From NCBI GenBank assembly GCA_964016885.1, contig OZ024752.1, positions 13,268,001-13,332,000 of the forward strand: a stretch of 64,000 bases of DNA, read 5' to 3'. Source of the stretch: Eledone cirrhosa. Its lineage: Eukaryota. Below, piece after piece: positions 35,939 to 50,647 of this stretch. The position numbers and the translations under genes were made by a program. The notes under the pieces are model-generated. The model ran no database searches. It was given only the letters and a program-made list of their open reading frames with translations, and had not been told where the DNA came from. Numbering within the stretch: position 1 is the first letter of the stretch; every line of letters starts with the position of its first letter.

Positions 35939-36050
35939 GTCTAGAGATCGCTATCCGCTTATTTTCACTACAGTGATAAATTCTTCATCTGTCAGATAAA
36001 AACCGACTATTACGGCCACCTACATACATTGTTTACAGACGCCAGCTTAT

Positions 36051-36082
<32 letters not shown>

Positions 36083-36289
36083 TATGTAAACTTTTATATG
36101 TATTTATCTCCCATTAGGTTGAGATACAAAAATGGCAGTATTGTGCTGTGCTTTCTAGCAAATAAGCCACCAGCCGTAAGCAACTACCACACCTCTTCCA
36201 ACCTGACCGCTGCTACGTCACGATTCTTAGCCATTTTGAATGAATTCTTGGCGCGATCACTTTGGAAAATTTAGTGTCTGGATCAGAGC

Positions 36290-36370
36290 AAATCTCCTGA
36301 AGAGTCCGATGCTCGAGTTACATAATTATTGGAAATCTCAAAATGCGGACGAAACCATGGTAGAGGTATT
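36290..36370 (+). ncRNA. Type I hammerhead ribozyme
   Basis: tctc-CTGAAGA(36297)-gtccg...cggac-GAAA(36351)-ccatgg-TA-gagg; helix III palindrome ACCATGGT. Confidence 0.75.
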
Positions 36371-36634
36371 TAAATGTATTCTATTTTCTCCTAGTTTATT
36401 TTACACCTAATTCTGTTTAATTGACTGTATCTGCGCGATTACGCTGTCGAAATATTCAATAAATATTCCGTTGCGGCCGACGCGAAGGGCTAGTTTCGGT
36501 TATTTGTTGGAGATTTCTTCATAGAAGTCTTATTCTTATAGCCTGGTCCATTCGATTTTTATATAGTTAATTATGCTAATTGGGAGAGGAAATGGTATAT
36601 ATTTTATCTGGTGATTCTATAGACAGGTTTTATG

Positions 36635-38056
<1,422 letters not shown>

Positions 38057-38469
38057 GACGATAAATTAACGGAGACATAGGCCCTCGCTATTCCCTGATC
38101 ATTGCCCTTAAACACGCTGTGACATTTCTCTCCCACGTGTAGCTGGACAACCAATTTTAAAATTCTCTTAGTGTTATCTGAAATGTATAGCCTTACACAC
38201 GCTGATGAATTGAGACTAACCCATTTCTTTCAACAAATTATTGGTGAAATATATCTTTGGATTTGTACGTGTGTTATATAGTTATAGAGGTATTTATTTA
38301 CGCTTTAATTTATATTTTTAATTATCGTGTCTATAGTCTGCCTTTCATAGGTTATAGAATCCATACACTGGTGGTTTTTTTCACTGTATTATTGATAACG
38401 CACTGTATATCTCTCTCTGGTGTGTTACCTTTTCAACATATTATATATATATATGTATATATATATGTA

Positions 38470-38524
<55 letters not shown>

Positions 38525-38530
<6 letters not shown>

Positions 38531-38583
38531 GTAAGTATGTGTGTATACGTACATACATATATGTATACAGACGTACAGTAGCA

Positions 38584-38645
<62 letters not shown>

Positions 38646-39079
38646 CATACAGGTACACCTACATATATGCACGTATCAGTTTAGCGGACGCTTATTATAA
38701 CGCCGCTTTGTTCGTTTGTAAACAAACTGAACAGCCTGAATGTTATGCCGTACGGTGATAAGGCAACCACGTCACCTTTTTGTTCAACACTGACACAGGA
38801 ACAATGTACTAGTTTCAAGCTTGTTAGCTATCATCAGCACCGTATACCCATCTGTCAGATAGTTGAACGTTCGAAACTATATACTTTCCTTATGAAAATT
38901 AACGGCTGAGCAGCCTAATTTGCATATCGAGTGAGTTATGTCGGTCAGGCATACCGAGAACGATAAGTTGAAATAAAATGAAAACGAAATTTCATTTCTC
39001 ACTCTTAGTACGGCACTTACTTAAATGTAAGTATGTGTGTATACGTACATACATATATGTATACAGACGTACAGTAGCA

Positions 39080-39137
<58 letters not shown>

Positions 39138-39573
39138 CAGGTACACATATACATACAGGTACACATACATATATGCACGTATCAGTTTAGCGGACGCTTA
39201 TTATAACGCCGCTTTGTTCGTTTGTAAACAAACTGAACAGCCTGAATGTTATGCCGTACGGTGTTAAGGCAACCACGTCACCTTTTTTTTTCGATATGTA
39301 AATTAGGCTGCTCAGCCGTTAATTTTCATAAGGAAAGTATATACTTTCGAACGTTCAACTATCTGACAGATGGGTATACGGTGCTGATGATAGCTAACAA
39401 GCTTGAAACTAGTACATCGTTCCTGTGTCAGTGTTGAACAAAAAGGTGACGTGGTTGCCTTAACACCGTACGGCATAACATTCAGGCTGTTCAGTTTGTT
39501 TACAAACGAACAAAGCGGCGTTATAATAAGCGTCCGCTAAACTGATGCGTGCATATATGTATGTGTACCTGTA

Positions 39574-39637
<64 letters not shown>

Positions 39638-39752
39638 TGCTACTGTACGTCTGTATACATATATGTATGTACGTATACACACATACTTACATTTAAGTAA
39701 GTGCCGTACTAAGAGTGAGAAATAAAATTTCGTTTTCATTTTATTTCAACTT
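38525..39752. repeat. pLTR/retrozyme-like unit in direct plus inverted arrangement, with HHRs at 38801-38843 (-) and 39378-39420 (+)
   Basis: acggtg-CTGATGA-tagct(aaca)agctt-GAAA-ctag-TA-catcgt; 38525-38780 is repeated at 39022-39288 and inverted at 39292-39752. Confidence 0.85.
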
Positions 39753-40095
39753 ATATATATATATGTATATATATATATGTATATATTCAGGTTTGAGGTT
39801 CACCACTGGATAGAGCTGGTCAATTCCGTATGGTCAATCTTAATGTAATAATATGGAGAGTACTCAACGTAAAGCTTGAGGGCGACCGGAAAAGGTGGAA
39901 GATGCTGGATGGCAGTCGTCCTCGGGTCTTTGATTTTCAGCCCCATGGATTTTATCTATTACATTCACTTATTATATTTTGAATACCTGATGATATCACC
40001 GGATTCATACGGAACCCGGTCATTGAAATGATCATAGTATAATAAACCTTTCAAGGATTTACACAAGTCCAGCCTCCTGTCATTTCATTATAATA

Positions 40096-40218
<123 letters not shown>

Positions 40219-40247
40219 GTATATATATATATGTATATATATATATG

Positions 40248-40348
<101 letters not shown>

Positions 40349-40539
40349 GTGTATATGTATATATATATGTATATATATATATATGTGTATATGTATATAT
40401 ATATGTATATATATATATATATATGTGTATATGTATATATATATGTATATGTATATATATATGTGTGTATATGTATATATATATGTATATATATTTGTAT
40501 ATGTATATATATATGTATATATATTTGTATATATATATG

Positions 40540-40586
<47 letters not shown>

Positions 40587-40587
40587 G

Positions 40588-40726
<139 letters not shown>

Positions 40727-40898
40727 GTATATATATTTGTATATATATATGTATATACATATATGTATATATGTAGGAGGTGAGTTTTATTGTAGTACAA
40801 TAAAGCAATGCAGATATCGGATAAGAAGCACTCTACAGTTTGTGGGACTGGAGTATGCATAATATAAGATCAAAAGATGGTTAAAGGAGTTCCATATA

Positions 40899-40965
40899 TT
40901 TTATTATGCGCATTTCAAAAACAAACATCATCAAACAATAATATTTGTGTTTTCATCAGATAAAA
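40899..40965 (-). ncRNA. Type I hammerhead ribozyme
   Basis: ttttat-CTGATGA-aaaca...tgtttt-GAAA-tgcgca-TA-ataaaa; palindrome ATGCGCAT. Confidence 0.8.
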
Positions 40966-41874
40966 CAGGAGAACATGATATGAAGGCTAAAAAACAACTG
41001 TTGATAGTGCAGTTTTAAATCAACATATGAAAAGTGGTTTTAGATTGATGTGTGATATTGGGAAAAATATTTTATTTAGAGAGGGGGGGGGAGAAAAGGA
41101 TGAAAAGGGAAGGAGATGAGAGGGAGAGATGGGTGATAGAGAGAAAGAGATAGTTTTTATAACTGAGAGGAGATATATTTTATATAGAGGGGTTGAAAAC
41201 CGTTGGAAGATACTGTATAAATTAAAAATTTTGAAAATTAACGAAGGGAGGATATGTGCGAGGAAAAAATATTTTATTTAGGGAGGGGGGGGTGGAAAGG
41301 ATGAAAAAAAGGGGAGGAGATGAGAGTGAAGGTGGAAAGGGAGAGATGGGTGATAGAGAGAAAGAGATAGTTTTTATAACTGAGAAAAAGATATCATGTT
41401 TTAATATAGAGAGGTTGGGAACCGTTGGAAGATAATGTATAAATTAAAGGAATTTGAAAATTAACGAAGGGAAATTATGTATGAAGATAGAGAGAAAAAA
41501 ATAATAATTGTGGGTGAATATTCTAACGTCAAAAGAAGAAATGTATGTATTGTGGGAATTTCAAAATTAGCAAAGAGAAAAATGTTAAGGTTTATGTGTA
41601 GAAGGATTTGAGAAAAATAATGTGAAGTTAAAGTTTGTATATTGAATTCATATGTATTAATAATGAGTTCGTTGAACGAACTCATTATTAATACATATGA
41701 ATTCAATATACAAACTTTAACGAACACATTATTAATACATATGAATTCAATATACAAACTTATATATCACTCTTAGTACGGCTGATACCTAAATATAAGT
41801 ATGTATACATACATACATATATGTGTATCAGCCGTACTAAGAGTGAGAAATGTAATTTCGTTTCATTCTTTTCC

Positions 41875-41916
<42 letters not shown>

Positions 41917-42109
41917 GTATATATATGTATATGTATATATATGTATATGTATATATATGTATATGTATATATATGTATATGTATATGTATATATATGTAT
42001 ATGTATATATATGTATATGTATATATATGTATATGTATATATATGTATATGTATATATATGTATATGTATATATATGTATATGTATGTATATGTATATGT
42101 ATGTATATG

Positions 42110-42149
<40 letters not shown>

Positions 42150-42198
42150 TGCATATGTATATATATATATATATATATGTATATGTATATGTATATAT

Positions 42199-42304
<106 letters not shown>

Positions 42305-42415
42305 GTATATGTATATATATATGTATATATATATTTATATGTATATATATAGTTATATGTATATATATATATATATATGTATATGTATATATATATGTAT
42401 ATATATATTTATATG

Positions 42416-42452
<37 letters not shown>

Positions 42453-42701
42453 GTATATATATTTATATGTATATATATATTTATATGTATATATATATTT
42501 ATATGTATATATATATTTATATGTATATATATATTTATATGTATATATATATTTATATGTATATATATATTTTTATGTATATATATATTTTTATGTATAT
42601 ATATATGTATATATATATTTATATGTATATATATATTTTTTATGTATATATATATTTATATGTATATATATGTATATATATATATGTATATATATGTATA
42701 T

Positions 42702-42733
<32 letters not shown>

Positions 42734-42753
42734 ATATGTATATATATGTATAT

Positions 42754-42785
<32 letters not shown>

Positions 42786-42828
42786 ATATGTATATATATG
42801 TATATATGTATATATATATATGTATATA

Positions 42829-43397
42829 TATTGAGATAAGCAGAACAAGCAAAATTCAAACAATATTTTAAAATAAATTAAAAAACATAATTTAAATATT
42901 TACTTACTCCAGTTGCTTTTACCGATCGGTTTCCCTTCACAAAACATTAGAAATCCATGGGGACCTCCAATGGAAAAGTCAAGTTCATCAGAAAGCATTT
43001 TCCTTTCCTAGGACTAAAAGCACAGGAACGGCAAAATATATTGCCATCTGCCAGCTAGAACAGGATCGAATGAGGCCAAAATTTGTCCTGTACATGAACC
43101 AGTCCGTAGCAGAAGCGAAAGTAAGCATAGACGTGTTGTCTACTCCACCACTAAAAATAGCAGCCAAATAGAACAACAGATTTGTTCTCTACATAACGGA
43201 GAATATTAAATGAAGTTAATATGTCCACGGGTACTAAGTACCCCTGGAAATATATAGGTTGTCTATGATACAGGGTTGATCAATGGTATTAATTTTACAT
43301 ACCAGAACTATAATATTGAGATAAGCAGAACAAGCAAAATTCAAACAATATTTTAAAATAAATTAAAAAATACAATTTAAATATTTACCTACTCCAG
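42829..43397 (-). repeat. 485-bp unit with a terminal direct repeat (~1.2-mer) carrying an HHR at 42914-42997
   Basis: ttgagataagcagaac at 42831 and 43316; tgcttt-CTGATGA...GAAA-ccgatcgg-TA-aaagca. Confidence 0.8.
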
Positions 43398-44795
43398 ACA
43401 TATTTACCTACTCCAGACAAATTTATTGATAAATTTATATTACTTCATATAGATATGATAAATAAGAGTTAGATGTAATTGAAGAGTGCTGTTAAAAACG
43501 AAGGGAAAATAAAAAAATAATAATTATTATTATTATTGGGGGGGGGGGGGGTGTAAATTTATGAGTGAGAAATAACAAATTTATATAGATTATAAGGAAC
43601 ATAGAATCATAATCTGAAATTAAAATAGTTTATATGTATACTTATTGTTATAAATTTTAGGAAAAGATAGCTGTAAAAGGGAAATAAAATTATGCAGTTC
43701 ATTAGTAGTAGAATATTAATTATAGGTTAACTAATTTAAAAAAGTGTTATTATAATAATTTCTAAAGTGTATAATATTTAATATAATAATTAATATAATA
43801 ATATTTAATATAATAATATAATAATATAATAATATAATAATATAATAATATAATAATTACAATAATTATAATATAATATAATAATTATAATAATTATAAT
43901 ATAATATAATATAATAATAATAATAATTATAATATAATATAATAATATAATAATATAATAATATAATAATTATAATAATTATAATATAATATAATATAAT
44001 AATTTAATATAATAATTATAATAATTTGTGTTATTATAATAAAAAGTGTTTAATATAAAAAGTGTTATTATAATAAAAAGTGTTTAATATAAAAAGTGTT
44101 TAATATAATAATTATAATAATTATAATATAATATAATATAATAATTTAATATAATAATTATAATAATTTGTGTTATTATAATAAAAAGTGTTATTATAAT
44201 AATTTCTAAAGTGTATAATATTTAATATAATAATTATAATAATTATAATATAATTGTTTCTACTTTAGGCACAAGGCCAGCAATTACCAGTGCATTACTG
44301 GTACTTTATTTTATCGACCCCGTAAGGATGAAAGGCAAAGTCAACCTCGGCGGGATTTGAACTCAGATGGTAAAGGGACGTAACTATGCTGGAAAGCATG
44401 GCGTAATAATAAATTATAATATAATATAATATAATAATTTAATATAATAATTATAATAATTTCTAAAGTGTATAATATTTAAAAGTTCTTCTCAGTTTAT
44501 GATTACATGATATAATTAATTCCTGTCGTTTATTTAATAGGATAACCTTAGATTTCATTATTTCAAAAAGTTCCTGTTATGATTCTATGTTCCTTATAAT
44601 CTATATAAATTTGTTATTTCTCACTAATAAATTTACCAATCCGTATGAAGAACTCAATGTAATCCGAATATCATGAAAAGAGAAGATGTATTAAAAAAAA
44701 TGTTTTCCGACGAAAAATACAGGAAAACAGAGTCAAGATAAATTAATAAAAATTATGAATAAAAACAAAGAAACAGCTCCTTATATTAAAAAAAA

Positions 44796-44935
44796 ATCAT
44801 CATTTTACCATCGTTTCTAGGATATATATGTTTGTGTTGGTATGTATATCATATAGATCTATGTAAAATTTTTACAAACTATCAGAGGGAATATACATAC
44901 CTACACATATATATGCTGTCTTCAGAAATAATGAT
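44796..44935 (-). ncRNA. Type I hammerhead with an extended (~100-nt) helix II
   Basis: Stem I atcattattt/aaatgatgat; CTGAAGA; helix II includes ggtatgtatat/atatacatacc; GAAA-cgatgg-TA (the partial sister copy near 18080 has palindromic cgatcg). Confidence 0.7.
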
Positions 44936-45034
44936 ATTTGTTTATTGAAAAAAACCAACAAAGATTTAAAATAATAGGTCTGTTTGGGAACAGGTTTTGA
45001 ATTGACCAATAGAAAGGTAGTGAGTGGTCAATCC

Positions 45035-45556
45035 ACTGTATGTTTCATTAAAAGCATTTTGAAGACCTTATGCTATTGTTTTAGAGTAGTGACAATGTCA
45101 CTTATTTAAATTTTCAGCAAACAGAGGAGATAATCTGACAGAATTCTGTTTCGTACTTTTAGGTACTTATCAAAGTTCACTTCTCCTCCTACTTGCTGAA
45201 AATTATGTGTGTTGGATTCTTATAGAATTCCAATAATAATCAGGAACTGATTATACAGAGCGGTCACCGGTCCAGCATAAATTGAAAATTAGAATTGGTG
45301 CTCTGAAATAGTGATATATATATGAATGTATATACAGTGTATTTTGCAATACACTGTATGCTTAAAAGCATTTTGAAGACCATACGCTATTGTTTTAAAA
45401 TAGTTACACTGTCACTTATTTAAATTTTCAGCAAACAGGGTAGATAAACTGACAGAGCTCTGTTTCGTACTTTTTGGTACTTATCAAAGTTCAGTACCCC
45501 TCCTGTTTGCTGAAAATTATGTGTGTTGGGTTCTTATAGAATTCCAGTAATAATCA
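45035..45556 (-). repeat. 314-bp diverged dimer homologous to the 310-bp array, with variant HHRs (45132-45178, 45446-45492)
   Basis: Shares ggtcttcaaaat, ctatttcagagca, ggaccgg..accgctct and attctataag with the array; core TTGATAA-gtac..gtac-GAAA-cag....ctg-TC. Confidence 0.8.
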
Positions 45557-45650
45557 GGTCTTCAAAATGCTTTTAATTAAGCATATAGTGTATTGCAAAA
45601 TACACTGTATATACATTCAAAATACACTATATATATATAGCAAGGGAGAA

Positions 45651-45694
45651 ACCGTCTATGCATTTCAGGCTTAACTGGCCTTCGTCAGGACGGT
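45651..45694 (-). ncRNA. Minimal type I hammerhead ribozyme
   Basis: accgtc-CTGACGA-aggc(cagttaa)gcct-GAAA-tgca-TA-gacggt; all helices pair perfectly. Confidence 0.88.
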
Positions 45695-46006
45695 CCCTCC
45701 CACCGCTTACGACTGCTGGACTAGAAGACAGGCGAGAAAATATACTTTTCTCGTCTGTGTAAATGAGGTGATTAATCTCATTTGCATATGAAACTGCATA
45801 AGTTGGCTCAACTTATAATGAAAAAGAAATAGGATTTCGCTTCAAGCATAGCTTTATAAAATATGTATAAATATTTCGTATCTCCAAGGAAATACGGTTT
45901 TAGGAAGCCGTAGCTATGCAAACACCGGGGGGGTGGGGGGGGGGGGGACTAACGCCCTCTGGTAATGTCCTCCAGCAGAAGCAAGGGGGACAACCGTATA
46001 TGTATA

Positions 46007-46051
<45 letters not shown>

Positions 46052-46135
46052 ATATGTGTGTTTGATGGTATCTATGATGCTTCCATCGGCGGTATACCGG
46101 TTGAGCACTCTATGTTCTTACAGAGCAGAGTGTGA

Positions 46136-46660
46136 TATAATATAAAACGAAAAATCAGTGATGCATCTGGACTCAATTTAATGTGTGTTACAATTGTTTC
46201 GCCGGCAGACAGCTCGAGACACGATCATTGTATGGATCTGTCTGATTCTGGAACTTGAGGTTCGTCGGACACTGGAATATTTCCGGATCAAATTTTCTCA
46301 CTGGGGTGTTAGCGTCAAAAAACGAGTGGACTTGTGAAATACCAAACCCACCATGAATTCATTGAAGTGTGTCAGGCGGGGGGTAGCTGATGGACAGTCT
46401 GGTAGCAACTATTGGCCAGAATTTTGATGACTTAGAAAAACAACAGCCAACAGCAGGATAAGCGAGGATGATGTTTTTTGAGGCTAACACCCCGGTGAGA
46501 AAATTTGATCCAGAATTATTGCCAGTGTCCGACGAACCTGCAGTTCCAGAATCAGACACATCCATACAATGATCGTGTCTCGAGCTGTCTGCCAGCGAAA
46601 CAATTGTAACACACAATAAATTCAGTCCACATGCATCACTGATTTTTCGTTTTATATTAT
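46136..46660. repeat. Inverted repeat (arms ~46136-46323 and ~46472-46660) with HHR-like motifs carrying a CCGACGA core
   Basis: gtgt-CCGACGA(46529)...GAAA(46597)-caattg-TA-acac and its mirror copy at 46185-46272. Confidence 0.8.
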
Positions 46661-46719
46661 ATATATATGTATATATATATGTATATTTATATGTATATGT
46701 ATATGTGTATATATATATA

Positions 46720-46778
<59 letters not shown>

Positions 46779-47034
46779 GTATATATATATGTATGAATGG
46801 ACCTGTTATTTTTATCTAAAGACATTTTTTTCTAATTCCAACCCGCCGGTCCCCTCAATCTATTTTATTTCTCATACTTTTTTCTGATGAAGGACTACCA
46901 TCCGAAACGTTAAGACCCTCTTCTTGCTATATCAAGCCTTAACCTAATATATACCTTCCATATACTATACTGATTGTGTTGTTATTTCTGGTTACCTTTT
47001 ACATACATAAATATATGTATATATATGTGTATAT

Positions 47035-47880
47035 CTTGAGTGCTACTGGTAACATGTAACCCAGTACAACCTGTCGCATGGTTGGGTCGTCGGCGACTCA
47101 ACCGACAACCCTACCAAGTTTACTTTGTTGAGGAGGGTGATTTTGGACACACTGCAGGACAAAAAACAAAACCTGACAAAGGGCGGAAGAACTCATAAGA
47201 GTCAACGGCCATCCGAAAGTGTGTAAATATGTATATGCACATGTAGCACGTGGTTAAACCACTGGGAGTGAAGGACTCTGCGCCTTTGTCAGGGCATTCT
47301 TCTAGGAGAAGGCAACTCAGGAAACTGGGATAACTTTGACATAAAACCTGCGGCTCAGTAGTTACCGATGATGTTGATCTTTTCTTCTTTTCGGGTTATA
47401 GCTACTGTCGCTCAGAGAGTGGAATTGGCTCAGTGCACAGTCTTTCCTCACTTAAAAAAATATCTTCACGCATAGGCAGTGCACGATAGAATTAATTAAT
47501 AATTATTAATAATGGTATATCGTGCAATGGCCATACTCGATAACGAGGCAGCCATCATATATGTAAATATCATATTTGGTAAATATCATCTTGGTTAAGA
47601 GAGTGGGACTGGCTTTGTGCAGTGCCTTTGTTCACTATAAAAGCTTAACGGCACAGGTATTGCTTTATATCTGGAGATCTCTGCACTTGTCGTCACATGG
47701 TACCATGGGCCCAGCACTGTGTCAATAATTGTCACAAGTCTAGTGTTTGTACCAGAGTTTTCAAGTCGCTGGCTGGACTAAAAAGTCACACTCGTTCAGC
47801 GCATCGGTAAGGGTTCTCCTACATGGATATAAAGTAGTGGCCGTACTCGAAAACGAGTTGGCAGCCACCATATATGTATG
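47035..47880 (+). mobile_element. Two adjacent RTE-derived non-autonomous elements (47035-47560; truncated 47575-47880)
   Basis: RTE 5' head at 47035-47215; tail atggccatactcgataacgaggcagccatcat at ~47528; the second piece matches 21980-22280. Confidence 0.75.
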
Positions 47881-48959
47881 TATATATATATGTATATATA
47901 TACGTATATATGCATGTATATATGTATATACATATATGTATATATATATATGTATATACATGTATATATATGCATATAGATGTATATTTACAACACCACC
48001 TGCCTCTTTGAGGTCAAATACCAACCCTACTAGCATCTACAAACTGACCAATGAGAATTAAGACTATTCCTGCTGACAACATTAAATTATTCCTAACAAG
48101 CTCATATGTCCCAAGGCTGTGATACCATCAACACTATAAACACAGAGCTGGCATATCTAAGAACTGACTAACTACCTGATGAGGTCATAGCCATTCAATG
48201 GCTATCATCGAAATATATATGGCAGTAAATAAAGGTAATTATTACTATAGGTAAGTTTAAGTAATTATTACTATAGGTAAGTTTAAGTAGGAATCCCACG
48301 GAACTCAACATTGCTCTCACTGATCATTTCTACGCATTTCTCCACAGCAAAATCCACGTCAATAGATGGATACAGGGACACAACATCCATACTACCTATT
48401 ATGCAGTTTGTTAGGGCCCTAGATCGGTTACTCACGCCGATTCTGCTGAGGAGGTCCTCCGTGCTGTCACATACATCTGGGGACATTTCGATGATGGGGC
48501 GTATGATCAGGGAGAGGAAGTAGGACAGTCTGTAGTTACTAGCAATGTTAGCTCCACAGACTGGCCGTGTTGGTGGTCCCGCGACAGGGTCACTGCCCGT
48601 TTTATGGTCTTTTCGAAGCCCATACAACGCCGGCACGTCATTGTTCCAGGCTTGGAAGTTGTTGGCAGTCCTTTTGTTGGGCTGCATTATATTCGTCCAC
48701 ATCACCATACGGGCATTGAGGGCTTTTTCTCTATCCTCATGCTCCTGTGGTGTTACCTCTCTTGTGTTAGTGATGTGGGGTTGCATTGCCTGGATGTATT
48801 TTGGCAGGCTGTCAACTGACATTCTGCCAGACTTGTCTGTTGGAAAGCATGCTATCTCTCCATTACGCGAGCGCTGCATGAGCTTACGCAAGCCATTTGC
48901 AGATTTTTCTCCCAGTTGCTGGGCCTCCATTCTATTATGCTTCTTGCTATACTGTTCTA

Positions 48960-50403
48960 TAATACCTCAATGGCCAAGAAAACCCACACAGATAGATGGA
49001 ACGGGTGGACCAGAGCCATACGGACACCCGAAAACCACGATGAACTGAAGAAAATGATTGCACATGCGGTAGGGGCCAGCATAAAACTAACCCTTAAGGA
49101 ACATATGTTCAAATTTAATGGAAAAACATATGCCCAAGAGGAAGGAGCAGCCATTGGTGTTAGCATTGCAGGCGACATAGCTAACTTATTCATGGTATGG
49201 TGGGACAGTAGACTTAAACTTAAGCTTAAAGAACAATTAGAAGACCCCTTAACCCTGATAATGTACTCCCGCTACGTTGATGATATAAACATCGTAGTTA
49301 AGACACCCCCACTAGAGAACAGTCAAGAACTAGAGAAAAACACAATGGAAAGCATCCAGCAAATAGCTAACTCCATCCACCAGAGCATTAGAGTTACTAT
49401 AGACTACCCTAGTAAACACCCCAACCATCGATTACCTGTACTAGACACAGAGCTCTGGTTAGATACCATTAATAACAAAAAACAAATCCTCCATTCCCAT
49501 TATGCCAAACCCATGACTTCCAAACATCTGATCCACCGAAACTCGGCCGTTTCGGACCATACCAAAATCAACATACTGATTGCGGATTTGGTACGGGTGA
49601 TGAGAAACGTGTCCCGCATGTGCAACCCCGAAGAACTAGAGAGACACATACAACACTTCATCCACCGTATGCAGTTCTCTGGCTACAATCAGAGAGATAA
49701 AATCAGAGTGTATAGTGGAGCCAGAACCAAATGGGAAAAAATGGTAAATAATGACATAAATGGGACCTGCCCCTTGTATAGGAGCAAATTTTGGAATAGA
49801 ATAGAAAGAACTAGGAACAAGGCTAATAGAATAAACTCATGGTATGATAGCAAAAAATACCAGAGTGTAATGTTCATCGATACAACCCCTAGAGGTGAAT
49901 TAGCTTACAAATTTAGAAGGGCCCTAAATAAACATAAACTCAATATTAAGATAGTAGAAAAACCAGGTACCTCCGTAAAAACACTTATTAGCAAGACATA
50001 CCCTTTTCAAAGACCCTCATGTATGGATAAGAAATGTATAACCTGTAAAATAAGCCCCCATATTAACTGTAAAACTAGAAATGTAGTGTATAGCATAAGA
50101 TGTACTGAAGGACAATGTAGAGACAAAAATATAGTGTACATAGGTGAGACAGCTCGTAGTGTAGGGGAACGGATAAATGAACACTGGCGAGACCTTCAAG
50201 ATAGTAAAGAATCATCTGTACTCTACCAACATGCTAAAATAGAACACAAGGGTAAATTAGAGAACATAGAAATAAAAATAGAATCTACACACAGAAAAGA
50301 CGCAATGTTTAGACAAATTACAGAGGCAATAAACATAAAAGAATTACAACCAAAATTAAATAGAAAATATGAGTGGAACAGCAACATCACAACTTACAAT
50401 TAA
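48960..50403 (+). CDS. Uninterrupted Penelope RT (C-terminal half) + GIY-YIG frame, N-terminally truncated by the inversion
   Basis: ORF 48916-50403; homology starts at TSMAKKT. Confidence 0.75.
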
Positions 50404-50604
50404 GGACAAAATGAAAACACACACACACATAGAACAAACAACCAACCAGTAACATGTAAATAAACAAATAAATAAATGAACATAAACACACACAGACACC
50501 CGGATGTGGCGCATGCGCAGACTGAGCACACAACACACACACAGAAACAAAATGGCGTAGGACAGAACAAAGGAGAGGCACAGAAACAAAGAAAGGAACC
50601 CCCA

Positions 50605-50647
50605 GTCACTGAAGAGGTCACAGAGTGTGTGACGAAAGAACTATGAC
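50605..50647 (+). ncRNA. Minimal hammerhead ribozyme in the Penelope pLTR
   Basis: gtca-CTGAAGA-g-gtcaca..tgtgac-GAAA-gaac-TA-tgac, ~200 nt after the ORF stop. Confidence 0.82.

Noticed and set aside
46878-48227. HHR cores at 46884 and 48176 (also 38201 and 57489)
   Set aside because: Core present but helix I or helix II is weak or missing; counted only as decayed candidates
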